Shown here: piece by piece, positions 1 to 9,642 of the stretch
How the letters are laid out: each line of letters opens with the position of its first letter
How positions within the stretch are numbered: the first letter of the stretch is position 1
Assembly: GCF_006345805.1 (NCBI RefSeq)
Contig: NW_021825672.1
Coordinates: forward strand, 1-14,871
Source of the DNA: Octopus sinensis
Lineage: Eukaryota
Direction: 5' to 3'
Length of the DNA: 14,871 nt
Program-made: the position numbers and the translations under genes
The notes under the pieces: generated by a model
The model's input: only the letters and a program-made list of their open reading frames with translations
Database searches by the model: none
What the model was told of the DNA's origin: nothing

Positions 1-213
1 TATATGCTCAGCAAATGCTAATATCTTTAGCTTCTCTTACTGTTTGCTAAACGAACTGTGGACGTATGTGTGTGATTATAGGGTTAGATGGTTGGCTGGT
101 TGGGCGGTTGTTTATTGTTTGTTGTTTCGTGACATTGTTTCTTTTTGTTTGGTGGTTAGGGTGTGGTAGTGTATTTCTAAGTATCGCATGTTTTTTTTTG
201 TCTCCGGTGGTGG

Positions 214-250
214 TAGTAGTAGTAGTGTAGTAGTAGTAGTAGTAGTAGTA
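214..250. repeat. (GTA)n microsatellite
   Basis: Seen directly in the sequence. Confidence 0.9.
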
Positions 251-483
251 ATGAAGATAAAAATGATTTTACTGGTGATGGTCATCAAATCTACTTCAAA
301 ATCACATGAAATCAAATCATCTGTTTTTCTTTTTTTGTAGGTTGGTTTCTCAGATCCTTGGTGTGGACACGTCTATTGAAAAAGGTGATTGGCTGCGTCT
401 CGGAAGGGTCATTACGTTAATAATAAACACGCGCACCGGTTCGGTTTCACTACTTTATATTATACGTTAAATAATTAGCTATC

Positions 484-687
484 TAACCAACTAACTAATC
501 GATTGTTTAATTAATCATCCGCTTAATCAATCGATCTGTTGTGGTTGTCAAAGTCTCGGCCTCTTCAATGATATTCCGTTTGTATCCCAGGTCAACTTCT
601 GGAGGAGCAGAGAAGGAATGGCAATGAAGTAAGCTGGAGAATGGCGACGAAAGGACTCTGACAAACAATTGATCAGTTAGTTGGTTA
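484..687. repeat. 25-bp inverted repeat (484-508 / 663-687) with 2 mismatches
   Basis: TAACCAACTAACTAATCGATTGTTT vs AAACAATTGATCAGTTAGTTGGTTA. Confidence 0.7.
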
Positions 688-793
688 ATTAGTCAACCAA
701 TTAACGAATAATTAAAAAATGAACCTGAACCAGCGCGTGCTTATTATTGTAATAATGACTCTCTCGATACAGCAAATCCTTGCTTTTGTATCT

Positions 794-864
794 AGAGAGA
801 GAGAGAGAGAGAGCGAGAGAGAGCGAGATAGAGAGGGAGAGAGAGAGAGAGAAGGAGAGAGAGA
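794..864. repeat. (GA)n microsatellite
   Basis: Seen directly in the sequence. Confidence 0.95.
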
Positions 865-1121
865 TAGTCAGGCTAAATTTGTCGACTTTTTAAATGTTTT
901 GATTTTTTTGGAACAACTTGATGTCTTAGTGAACAATTAACGGCGTTGGAGAGCATAAAGATTAATGATGTAGTTGAAAAACAGTTAGCTGATACGGAAG
1001 ACTGGAAGCTATATGAGTATTGGGAAAGAGATACCTATATCACGAGAATTCGCACCGGTTATCAAAATGCCCACATCATGACTGCTGGTCAATGCTCATG
1101 AACGCTACAAAATCTGTGAGA

Positions 1122-1540
1122 CGTGACATGAACATCATCGCAATCAAGTTCCTCTAACCTTTGATGGTCTTTGAGTGTATCTCCAGTGAGAGTAACGTCA
1201 TGCTGACCCACATTTTTGAACAGGGCCCTAGGCACAATTCAGACGGCTATGAGAAGCTGCTGGTGAATGTGGTCAATTCCTGGCTGGAGAGGGTTGCTGT
1301 TGGAAAGCCATATGTGTGGCAGAAGGATTCAACTGCTTGCTATTACCCTGGAAAGAGTCAGAAGTAGTTGTCGGAGAATTTCTAGGACTTCAACAGTCCC
1401 AATTTCTGGCCTCTTAATTCCTTTGGTCGTAATCCTATGGATTACTTTGTGTGGACCACCGTTGAGGAACGCACCAACAGCTCTGCCTGCAACACCAAGG
1501 CGGAAATAGTGGCCAAAATCAAGGAAGTGTTCGTAGATTT
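1122..1540 (+). pseudogene. maT/DD37D transposase remnant, catalytic-domain part 1
   Basis: One frame reads KFL*PLMVFECISSESNVMLTHIFEQG...YVWQKDSTACYYPGKSQK*LSENF*DFNSPNFWPLNSFGRNPMDYFVWTTVEERTNSSACNTKAEIVAKIKEVFVD. The second D (GAT 1326-1328) and third D (GAT 1440-1442) are separated by exactly 37 codons. WPLNSFGRNPMDY corresponds to the WPPNSPDLNPLDY motif. In-frame stops are at 1155, 1365 and 1383. Confidence 0.88.
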
Positions 1541-1668
1541 CGGGTTTAGTCCCACTGCGTGGATCCTTGGGCAAGGGTCTTCTACTATAGCCTCTGGCCA
1601 ACTAAAGCCTTGCGAGTGGATTTGTAGACGGGAACTGAAAGAAGCCCGTTGTACGTATATATATATAA

Positions 1669-1761
<93 letters not shown>

Positions 1762-1981
1762 CTGTGTATCTGTGTTTATCTCCCCCAGCATCGCTTGACA
1801 ACCGATGCTGTGTGTTTACGTACGTCCCCGTAACTTAGCAGTTCGGCAAAAGAGCCCGATAGAATAAGTACTAGGCTTACAAAGAATAAGTCCTGGGGTG
1901 GTCTATGTGCTCGACTAAAGGTGATGCTCCAGCATGGCTACAGTCAAATGACTAAAACATGTATAAAAGAGAGTAAAAGAG
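1541..1981 (+). mobile_element. SINE family A copy 1, 5'-truncated at the B box, inserted in the transposase
   Basis: Begins GGGTTTAGTCCCACTGCG. It has the shared body, an internal (TA)n(TG)n tract at ~1655-1775 and a GAGTAAAA tail, and is colinear with the other A copies. Confidence 0.9.
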
Positions 1982-2087
1982 AGGTGCACAGTGAGGAACG
2001 CATGCACCAGGTTCCGGAGGCCGTCTTGTGGCCGTGATAGAAGCTGAGAGCGGTAACTTTGAGAAAAGTGTTATCTCCTCGCCATAA
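1982..2087 (+). pseudogene. maT/DD37D transposase remnant, C-terminus resuming after the SINE insertion
   Basis: Reads RCTVRNACTRFRR, then a +1 frameshift at 2021, then RLVAVIEAESGNFEKSVISSP*. This matches the typical Tc1/maT C-terminal helix (TV..AC..FR.RLEAVI.A.GG..E). Confidence 0.82.
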
Positions 2088-2859
2088 TCTAGTTGATACC
2101 TTTTGATATTTTAAAATACTTTTATTCTTGGAAAGGATATTGTGGTTTCCTTCCCTTTCACTGTAAAATTTAGCCTGAACCCCCCTGTGTATATTTGTTG
2201 CATCTTGGATATCTTTTTTTCGATCCCCGTGTTGCACTGAATATCGCCCCGTCCTTGGGTTGTTCTAGTTATCTATCAGTGTTTTGATGAGAAAAAGTTG
2301 CGACCTTTTTTACTGAACTCTGCTCCATTTCTGTAGGAAGCTGGTAGGAGGAGGAAAGGACGTGTGAATGATTGAATGCTTGAGAGAGAGGGAATGAGAG
2401 AGAGAGAGAGAGAGAAGGAGAATGTGAGAGATAGGGAGAAAGAGAGGGAAAGGCATGCTGACATACGCACTTATACTCTCTCACACAACACACACACACC
2501 TATACATACCAATACGTACTAATACATACTAATACATACTAATATACCCAACCCCATACATACGCACGTCCGACCAATTTTACGCCATAATACTCTCTCA
2601 TACACACACACACAACACACAACACCATTATACATACTAATACATACACCAACCCTATACATACACACAATCCAGACCCCTCCCACGCACTTTTAGGTGG
2701 TCCTCAACCATTTATCAACCCTATTATCTCCCCTTATTTCGCTCTCGCGTCTCATGTTTGATCTTGACCTCTGGCCGAAATCAGATCGCCATGTTGATTC
2801 GTAGCTACTGCACGCATTTTTTTTCTTCCCTTCTTTCTGTGTTTTTCTCTCTCTGTGTA

Positions 2860-2896
2860 TCTTTCTGTTGAAGAGCGTAGGTCGAAACGTTAAAGA
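2860..2896 (+). ncRNA. Minimal type I hammerhead-like motif from a second, unrelated family with variant core CUGUUGA
   Basis: TCTTT CTGTTGA A GAGC GTAG GTC GAAAC GTT AAAGA. It has a perfect 5-bp stem I (TCTTT/AAAGA), a weak stem II and palindromic AACGTT. Confidence 0.55.
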
Positions 2897-2990
2897 CTTG
2901 TTTTATTTATATTTCCTGAGTGCCATACTAATACAATTGTTCGTGTTTTCCACCTGCTTCGTCTTTTGTTTATTGTCATAAAGCTTCCCG

Positions 2991-2991
<1 letters not shown>

Positions 2992-3064
<73 letters not shown>
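2992..3064. repeat. (TA)n microsatellite
   Basis: Seen directly in the sequence. Confidence 0.95.
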
Positions 3065-3065
<1 letters not shown>

Positions 3066-3267
3066 TTCTTTATACCCACAAGGGGCTAAACACAGAGGGG
3101 ACAAACAAGGACAGACAAAGGGATTAAGTCGATTACATCGACCCCAGTGCGTAACTGGTACTTAATTTATCGACCCCGAAAGGATGAAAGGCAAAGTTGA
3201 CCTCGGCGGAATTTGAACTCGGAACGTAACGACAGACGAAATGCGGCTACGCATTTCGCCCGGCGTG
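3064..3267 (-). mobile_element. SINE family B copy 1 (Nin/Deu-domain-like), 5'-truncated, embedded in (TA)n
   Basis: Reverse complement has B box GAGTTCAAATTCC, then GAGGTCAACTTTGCCTTTCATCCTTTCGGGGTCGATAAATTAAGTACCAG. From memory this resembles the Deu/Nin central domain (GCCTTTCATCCTT..GGTCGATAAA.TGAGTACC). Confidence 0.85.
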
Positions 3268-3274
3268 AATGCTG

Positions 3275-3397
3275 ATATATATATATATATATATATCATA
3301 TATACATGCATGCACACTCACATTATAAATTTTCACATAATCATATATACACACAGACACACACACAGACACAGACACAGACACAGACACACACACA

Positions 3398-3446
<49 letters not shown>

Positions 3447-3458
3447 ACACACACATAT
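3275..3458. repeat. Compound (TA)n/(CAGA)n/(CA)n microsatellite
   Basis: Seen directly in the sequence. Confidence 0.9.
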
Positions 3459-3640
3459 AAAAGCACATTAAAATCCCATTTTAGAGTCAAGTTTTGGCTG
3501 CTATTTCAAACGTGGTGGTATCTCTTAGGTACCCTAAATTATAATTTTAATAGTAATTATTACCTTTGAAGCTTTTTATTCCCATGCTGGCCACTTGATA
3601 AGTTCGATATTTAAATAACGATCTTATCCTTATATATATC

Positions 3641-3675
<35 letters not shown>

Positions 3676-3680
3676 TATAT

Positions 3681-4065
3681 TCTTTTACTCTTTTACTCTT
3701 TTACGTGTTTGAGTCATTTGACTGCGGTCATGCTGGAGCACCGCATTTTTAGTCGAGCAAATCGACCCCGGGACTTATTCTTTGTAAGCCCAGTACTTAT
3801 TCTATCGGTCTCTTTTGCCGAACCGCTAAGTTACGGGGTCGTAAACACACCAGCATCGGTTGTCAAGCAATGCTAAGAGTACAAACACAGACACACAAAC
3901 ACATACACATACATATACATATATACGACAGGCTTCTTTCAGTTTCCGTCTACCAAATCCACTCACAAGGCATTGGTCCGCCCGGGGCTATATCAGAAGA
4001 CACTTGCCCAAGATGCCACGCAGTGGGACTGAACCCGGAACCATGTGGTTGGTAAGCAAGCTACT
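3681..4065 (-). mobile_element. SINE family A copy 2, lacking ~25 nt of the 5' head
   Basis: Reverse complement aligns to copy 3 from AGTAGCTTGCTTACC to the (GAGTAAAA)n tail. Confidence 0.92.
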
Positions 4066-4351
4066 GTGCACACAAACACAAGCACGCGCACACCAGTATA
4101 TTCATGATGCAACTGTTTATATACCCACCCACTGCATTAACAATTCAACCCAAGCCGCCAGTAAAAGCAGGAGCCGACATATGGAGAAAGGATGTCACTT
4201 AGTCAGTCGGTTGATACCGAGAAGGTTAATGTCACTGCTGTTATTGTTGGTGTCGTTACGTGTACCAACGCTATGGCCGCTAATGGCGTCCGTAATTTTA
4301 GGCAAACGAAATTAATAGTGTCAGCGCTCGCTAGTACAGTTCAGTGTTTCC

Positions 4352-4435
4352 AAATAAATAAATAAATAAATAATTAAATAGATAAATAAATAAATAAATG
4401 AATGAATGAATAAAGAAATGAATAAATAAATAAAA
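4352..4435. repeat. (AAAT)n/(GAAT)n microsatellite
   Basis: Seen directly in the sequence. Confidence 0.95.
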
Positions 4436-5053
4436 AGGTTGTAAATGTTACGCAAGTCAAATATCTCTGCCCTTTGGATGTCATGAAAGTCATTGGCGTC
4501 AACCGCGATGAAATTAGTGTTACAGTGGACATGCATTTTGTATTGTAGCAGTCATTGAGCAGTCGAACCAATTGATAAGCGAATGAAAGAGATTTTAAAC
4601 GGCTGCCTGTATAAGAGGCGATAGATAGTCCTATAATCACTAGAAGTAATATTTGTCTATAATTAGAGTCCCCCTTTTTACTCTGATGACCCAAGGGGAT
4701 TTCTAGACTCTATTGCTTTTCCATTTCCATTTTCGTTTTTGAAACGGGAAAATGATGGAGACAGTTATAGTCTGTCGAACCTACTTGTCGTTGTCGCGGC
4801 AGACGATATTCAAAAGAATCCCTCAAACAAGTAATACAGTTTCTATTCTACTGCTTGTGTAATTCACACGCACGCTTTTATACCTTAAGCCTTATCTCTC
4901 CAGCCATCTGCTGGCTAGTTGGTCAGTTAGCCGGTCAGTCAGTTAACTATGTGGCCGGCCTACTCATGCATTTATACCGCCATTTACGTAACAATCCATC
5001 CATGCATCTATCCATGAATCCATGCCTCTCTCCCCATCATTTTCCATTCCCTT

Positions 5054-5092
<39 letters not shown>

Positions 5093-6096
5093 TCACATGT
5101 ACCCACATTCATACACACACACACACAAACAATTACAAATATATATGCACTTACTCCACGCGCACGGAATCACACATACACACGCATACTCTCTACGATC
5201 CACCTACCCACCTTCCTCTCTCTCTCTTTGTCTCTCACCTTCGCTCCCGTCTGTCACCACCCTGCCCCCTTTTTTCACTTCTCTCCCCCACTCTTTCACT
5301 CGTCGCGCCATCATCATTCTCCCTTCACTCGTTCCCTTCTCGCCTATCTCTCTTCCATCTCCCTTCCATTTGTCTGTCGCATTTATCTATTCTCTACCAG
5401 TTCACAACCACCGGTCACCACGCTGGCTCGCTGGTCAAGAAAACACTTTATGGACGGCTGTTTGATGTCGATAGGCTAACAATTCCCCCGGTGCAGCCGG
5501 TCGATATTGAAGCACTATGCACAACTGACCACTGGTCAATGATCTGACTAATATTATCACATTATTATCAAATCTCTTTGCAGTAGATTGAACTCTGCGA
5601 AGTTTCGCTCTCGTGTCATGCCAGCCATCTTGCCATCCTGCACGTCGATGTGAAGGAGAGCAATGGCGACGTGAAAGGGACGGAACGAAGGAAATTAAAG
5701 GTTTAGACGAAAGATAGAGAAAAAAGGGAGGGGGGTGGAGACAGGGAAAAAGAACGAGAGAAAGAGAAAGAGAAAGAAAGAGAGAGAGAGAAAGGAGAGA
5801 AGGAGAGAAAGAATAGGAGTGAGAGAAAATGTGGGAAATAGATAGAATACTACGAGGAGTTCTACGTCGTTCTGTCAGTACCTTTACGTGCAACGAAAAA
5901 CCTTGCTCTTTTAACGGCCATTTCAGCTTCCTAATAACATCTCTACTTGAGCAACAATAAAGGACACTTGCTCTCAAAGCCGACATTTTGATCTTCACCT
6001 CCATAATTCCCCGTTTATCGCTTTTATTGTTGATTTCTTGTCACCGCTGTTGTCGTTATAATTGTTATATTATGTCCTGCTGAATGGGGTGCCGAG

Positions 6097-6212
6097 TGAG
6101 TTGGCATTAACACTGTGTAAGCACCGCACTAAATGTATTATAGTATTTAGTTTCTTCTTTCTCGAGTTCTGAGTTCAAATCCTGATGTGTACCAAATTTT
6201 TCTTTCATTTTT
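6097..6212 (+). mobile_element. Degenerate family B SINE 5' fragment
   Basis: GAGTTGGCA...AAATG...GTTCTGAGTTCAAATCC...TTTCTTTCAT aligns weakly to the family B head. Confidence 0.5.
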
Positions 6213-6243
6213 TCTGCACTTGCTGAATTTGATACCTGTAATA

Positions 6244-6653
6244 GGCACAGGAGTGGCTGTGTGGTAAGTAGCTTGCTAACCAACCACATGGTTCCGGGTT
6301 CAGTCCCACTGCGTGGCATCTTGGGCAAGTGTCTTCTGCTATAGCCCCGGGCCGACCAATGCCTTGTGAGTGGATTTGGTAGACGGAAACTGAAAGAAGC
6401 CTGTCGTATATATGTATATATATATGTGTGTTTGTGTGTCTGTGTTTGTCCCCCTAGCATTGCTTGACAACCGATGCCGGTGTGTTTATGTCCCCGTTAC
6501 TTAGCGGTTCGGCAAAAGAGACCGATAGAATAAGTACTGGGCTTACAAAAGAATAAGTCCCGGGGTCGAGTTGTTCGATTAAAGGCGGTGCTCCAGCATG
6601 GCCGCAGTCAAATGACTGAAACAAGTAAAAAGAGTAAAAAGAGTAAAGAGTAA
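6244..6653 (+). mobile_element. SINE family A copy 3, full length
   Basis: Has a tRNA-like head with A box TGGCTGTGTGG and B box GGTTCAGTCCC, then a CTTGGGCAAGTG segment, an internal microsatellite, a CAGTCAAATGACTG hairpin and an (AAAAAGAGT)n tail. Confidence 0.93.
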
Positions 6654-6669
6654 TATACAGAAGTCGATA

Positions 6670-6834
6670 GGCGCAGTATGGACGAATGTTTTAGAAGTTC
6701 ACTTCGCAAGCATTTGGTCACGGGTTTGATCCCACTGTGCGGCATTTAGGGCAAATGTAATTTTCTACAGGCTCGGATCGAGCTCCACTTTGTGAATTAA
6801 ACCGAGTTGACGGAAACTGTATAGAAGCCCATCG
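6670..6834 (+). mobile_element. Older, diverged family-A-like SINE 5' half
   Basis: GGCGCAG...GGGTTTGATCCCACTGTGCGGCATTTAGGGCAAATG...GACGGAAACTGTATAGAAGCCCATCG aligns loosely with the family A head and body. Confidence 0.7.
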
Positions 6835-7117
6835 AGTAGATTGTACCTGTAATTCAAACGATGCACGCTTATCACCCACACTATCACGCCTGTTCTGTCT
6901 GAAAATTAAATTAAGGGTACACTCGTCTGTGGAATGTTTAACCATTTATATATCAATTCGGTCGCAGGTAATTCAGTCTCTCGAATAACTGAATCCTCAT
7001 TGTTGCATGACGGAGATCCATCAACATACTGACGTCCATGTAATCGACTTCACTTCTTACTTCAGCTGATGTTACTGTAACCTACAAAGGAGTTTAGCGT
7101 CTATAAAGAGAACATTA

Positions 7118-7319
7118 TTACTCTTTTCTCTTTTACTTGTTTCAGACTGTGGCCATGCTAGAGCACCACCTTTAGTCGAGCAAATCGACCCCCAGGACTT
7201 ATTCTTTGTAAGTCAAGTACTTATTCTATCGGTCGCTTTTGCTGAACCGCTAAGTTACAGGGACGTAAATACATCAGCATCGGTTGTCAAGCGATGTCGG
7301 GGGGACAAACACAGACACA

Positions 7320-7362
<43 letters not shown>

Positions 7363-7530
7363 ATATACATATATATGACGGGCTTCTTTCAGTTTCCATC
7401 TACCAAATCCACTCACAAGGCTTTGGTCGGCCCGAGGTTATAGTAGAAGACACTTACCCACGCAATGGGGCTGAACCTGGAACCATGTGATTGGTAAGCA
7501 AGCTACTTACCACACAGCCACTCCTACGCC
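7118..7530 (-). mobile_element. SINE family A copy 4, near full length with a small deletion after the B box
   Basis: Reverse complement starts GGCGTAGGAGTGGCTGTGTGGTAAGTAGC. It has an internal (TG)n tract and a GTAAAAGAGAAAAGAGTAA tail. Confidence 0.92.
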
Positions 7531-7681
7531 TATTGTATATAAAAAAGTCAGCAACACAGTTGAAAATAGATCAAGAAATTGCGATAGTGAAAAGATCCTA
7601 CATGATTACAATAATAAAACATGCAAAAAAAAAAAAGAAAAATCAAGGCAGAAAGACATTTTATATCAAGGAAATTTCCAA

Positions 7682-7943
7682 GGCGGCGAGCAAGCAGAAT
7701 CGTTAACACGCCGGGAAAAATGCTTAGCGGCATTTCGTCCGTCTTTACGTTCTGAGTGCAAAGTCCGTCGAGGTCGACTTTGTCCTCTTTTCGGGATGGA
7801 TAAATTAAGTACCAGAGAAAAACTGGGGTCGATGTAATCGACTAGCCTCCTCCCACAAAAATTCGGGTCCTGTATCTTCAGTAGAAAGGATATTAAGCAT
7901 GTTTCGGGTCCTGTATCTTCAGTAGAACAGATAGTAAGCATGT
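7682..7943 (+). mobile_element. SINE family B copy 2, full head, with a tandemly duplicated 3' end
   Basis: GGCGGCGAGCAAGCAGAATCGTTAAC...GTTCTGAGTGCAAAGTCC...GGATAAATTAAGTACCAG...CTGGGGTCGATGTAATCGACT. A 41-bp unit is repeated at 7862-7902 and 7903-7943. Confidence 0.85.
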
Positions 7944-8091
7944 TTCCGCTACAGTTGAACATACACTAAAATACTTCAGAAATTTAGATATAGATTTACC
8001 AAATGTATATCTATGTAAGAATACAAGCTGCGATCCGCCTCCAGTTCCCTAACTGTTGTAAAGAGCTGCATTTGGATTTATACTAGCATTA

Positions 8092-8486
8092 CTAGCAGTA
8101 TCGCCCGGCGTTGATCGGGTTTGTAAGGGAAATAACTATATAAGCCTTTTTAGAGAGTTATAGCCAAAAAATAGCCAAAAAATGCATTAAAAATGAAAAA
8201 AATATGATGGTAAATTTTTTTTTAAATCGTTGACTCATCGTAGACATTTCTAGAGAGTTACTTCCCTTATATTTAAAAAATATGCATTAAAATGGAAAAA
8301 AATGATGGTAAATTATTTTAAAAATCGTAGACTCATCGTAGACGCGCGCTAATACCCAGAAGGGCTCGATATGAATCACGACTATAAGATACCCGGTTTT
8401 GGTTAAACTGCACCGCAAAATGTGGGAGTAGTTAGGAATCTAAATCGGAGTAGACAGACACACAACCTTACTTTTATATATAAAGA
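8092..8486 (-). mobile_element. Non-autonomous Helitron copy 1
   Basis: On the minus strand it reads A|TCTTTATATATAAAAG ... a GC hairpin (CCCGATCAACGCCGGG) ... CTGCTAG|T. It is inserted between A and T with no TSD and carries an internal ~70-bp direct repeat. Confidence 0.88.
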
Positions 8487-8833
8487 TATAACTGGTACTT
8501 ATTTGATGTTGTTGTTTAGCCCCAGACGAGTATCTGAATGGACAGGTTTATCATAAAAGTTAATCCAGCTATAACCATCTATCTTTTCAAGTCGGTGGGA
8601 TATGAGTTCGGTGAGATTTGACAGCTATTTCTAGCAGATTGAGCGTCTACGTAGAGCCACTATCTGTGGTTATTTCTTTCGTTCATTTGTTCGAGTATTA
8701 CACTCTTGATGGAGTCGTAGCGGTGTTATCATGATATATGCGTTTGGTCATTTAAACCTGGCTGAGCGCATATCTCTACGTTTGACCACAACTGATTTTT
8801 CTCACCCCTCTCTCTCTCTCCCACACACACATA

Positions 8834-8840
8834 AAGAGAG

Positions 8841-8871
<31 letters not shown>

Positions 8872-8895
8872 GATAGATAAAGAGATAGAGTGAGA
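8834..8895. repeat. (GATA)n microsatellite
   Basis: Seen directly in the sequence. Confidence 0.9.
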
Positions 8896-8929
8896 GAAAG
8901 AGCGTAAGATTAAGGGAGAGAATAAGCCT

Positions 8930-9075
8930 CCTTCTACCTGGGTACTGGTACTTTATCTACATTGAAAAATTTAAAAGGCGAAGTTGACCTGAGTAGATTT
9001 GAACTCAAAGTGCAGACTACCGAAATGGATGCAGCAAATCATTCTATTCGGGTATTCTAACGACTCTGCCAAATT
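8930..9075 (-). mobile_element. Degenerate family B SINE (a further fragment lies at ~9113-9140)
   Basis: CTGGTACTTTATC...AAAGGCGAAGTTGACCT...ATTTGAACTCA...CTAACGACTCTGCCA is the reverse complement of family B motifs. Confidence 0.6.
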
Positions 9076-9242
9076 CCTCGTCTTAGTTATTTCATTATGA
9101 ATCATCCTTGGTTAGTACTTATTTTATCGACCCCAGTGCGAACTTAGAACCTAATAAATAGAAAACCCCAAAAACTAATCAATTGATCGATACCTTCGAC
9201 TATGAAAAGAAGCCATTGCATTATCAATGCATTTCTCTCTCT

Positions 9243-9592
9243 TACATACATACACTGAGACCCCCTTTGGTTATGACTGACCGTGGGGTTGCACCTAGAC
9301 AGTTACCCTTCCAGGCCCAAGTCCAAGCAAGGTTGTTTATGGAAGATCAGCAGTCGCCCATGCATGCTGGCCTCCCCTCTACACGCCACCAGTGTTATCC
9401 AAGGGAAAGGCAAAAGCCAATACAGCTTGGCACCTGTGACGTCGCAACTCATTTCTACAGCTGAGTGAACTGAAGCAACGTGAAATAAAGTGTCTTGCTC
9501 AAGAACACAACACGCAGCCCGGTCCGGGATTCGAACTCACAACCTCACGATCGTAAACTCGACGCTCTAACCACTGAGCCATGCGCCTTCAC
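9243..9592 (-). mobile_element. CORE-type tRNA-derived SINE (family C)
   Basis: The head is GGCGCATGGCTCAGTGGTTAGAGCG...GAGTTCGAATCCC, with A and B boxes and an ACG-containing loop. It is followed by TGTGTTCTTGAGCAAGACACTTTATTTCACGTTGCTTCAGTTCACTCAGCTGTAGAAATGAG, which resembles the MIR CORE (TGTGACCTTGGGCAAGTCACTT...TCAGTTTCCTCATCTGTAAAATGGG). (TACA)n flanks both sides. Confidence 0.85.
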
Positions 9593-9608
9593 TACATACA
9601 TACATACA

Positions 9609-9642
<34 letters not shown>

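Larger units (their letters stand above)
868..2187 (+). mobile_element. Decayed Tc1/mariner-superfamily DNA transposon, maT/DD37D type, internally deleted and interrupted by a SINE
   Basis: There is a 13-bp perfect inverted match, TCAGGCTAAATTT (868-880) vs AAATTTAGCCTGA (2166-2178). The right end continues ...ACCCCCCTG|TGTA. The outer part of the left TIR is replaced by (GA)n. Transposase remnants lie inside. Confidence 0.8.

Noticed and set aside
719-940. 73-aa ORF with a signal-peptide-like N-terminus
   Set aside because: It runs through the (GA)n tract and into the transposon TIR, so it is a chance ORF.
4434-4547. Protein-like frame KVVNVTQVKYLCPLDVMKVIGVNRDEISVTVDMHFVL*
   Set aside because: It is short, has a purine-rich upstream region with no acceptor tract, and has no recognisable homology.
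4683-4705. CTGATGA-CCC-AA-GGG as a hammerhead or C/D snoRNA
   Set aside because: No GAAA follows the stem, and there is no suitably spaced box D or terminal stem.
5435-6004. 189-aa minus-strand ORF
   Set aside because: It is inflated by the CT/GA tract, has no recognisable domain, and no in-frame splice structure.
8490-8670. Possible additional degenerate interspersed repeat (GTTGTTTAGCCCCAG...GACAGCTATTTCTAGCAG)
   Set aside because: It looks familiar, but there is no second copy in the window to define it, so it cannot be supported without a library search.
9520-9590. tRNA-like sequences at 9520-9590, 11316-11382 and 13875-13950 as tRNA genes
   Set aside because: They have no pairing acceptor stem and continue directly into repeat bodies, so they are SINE-type heads.
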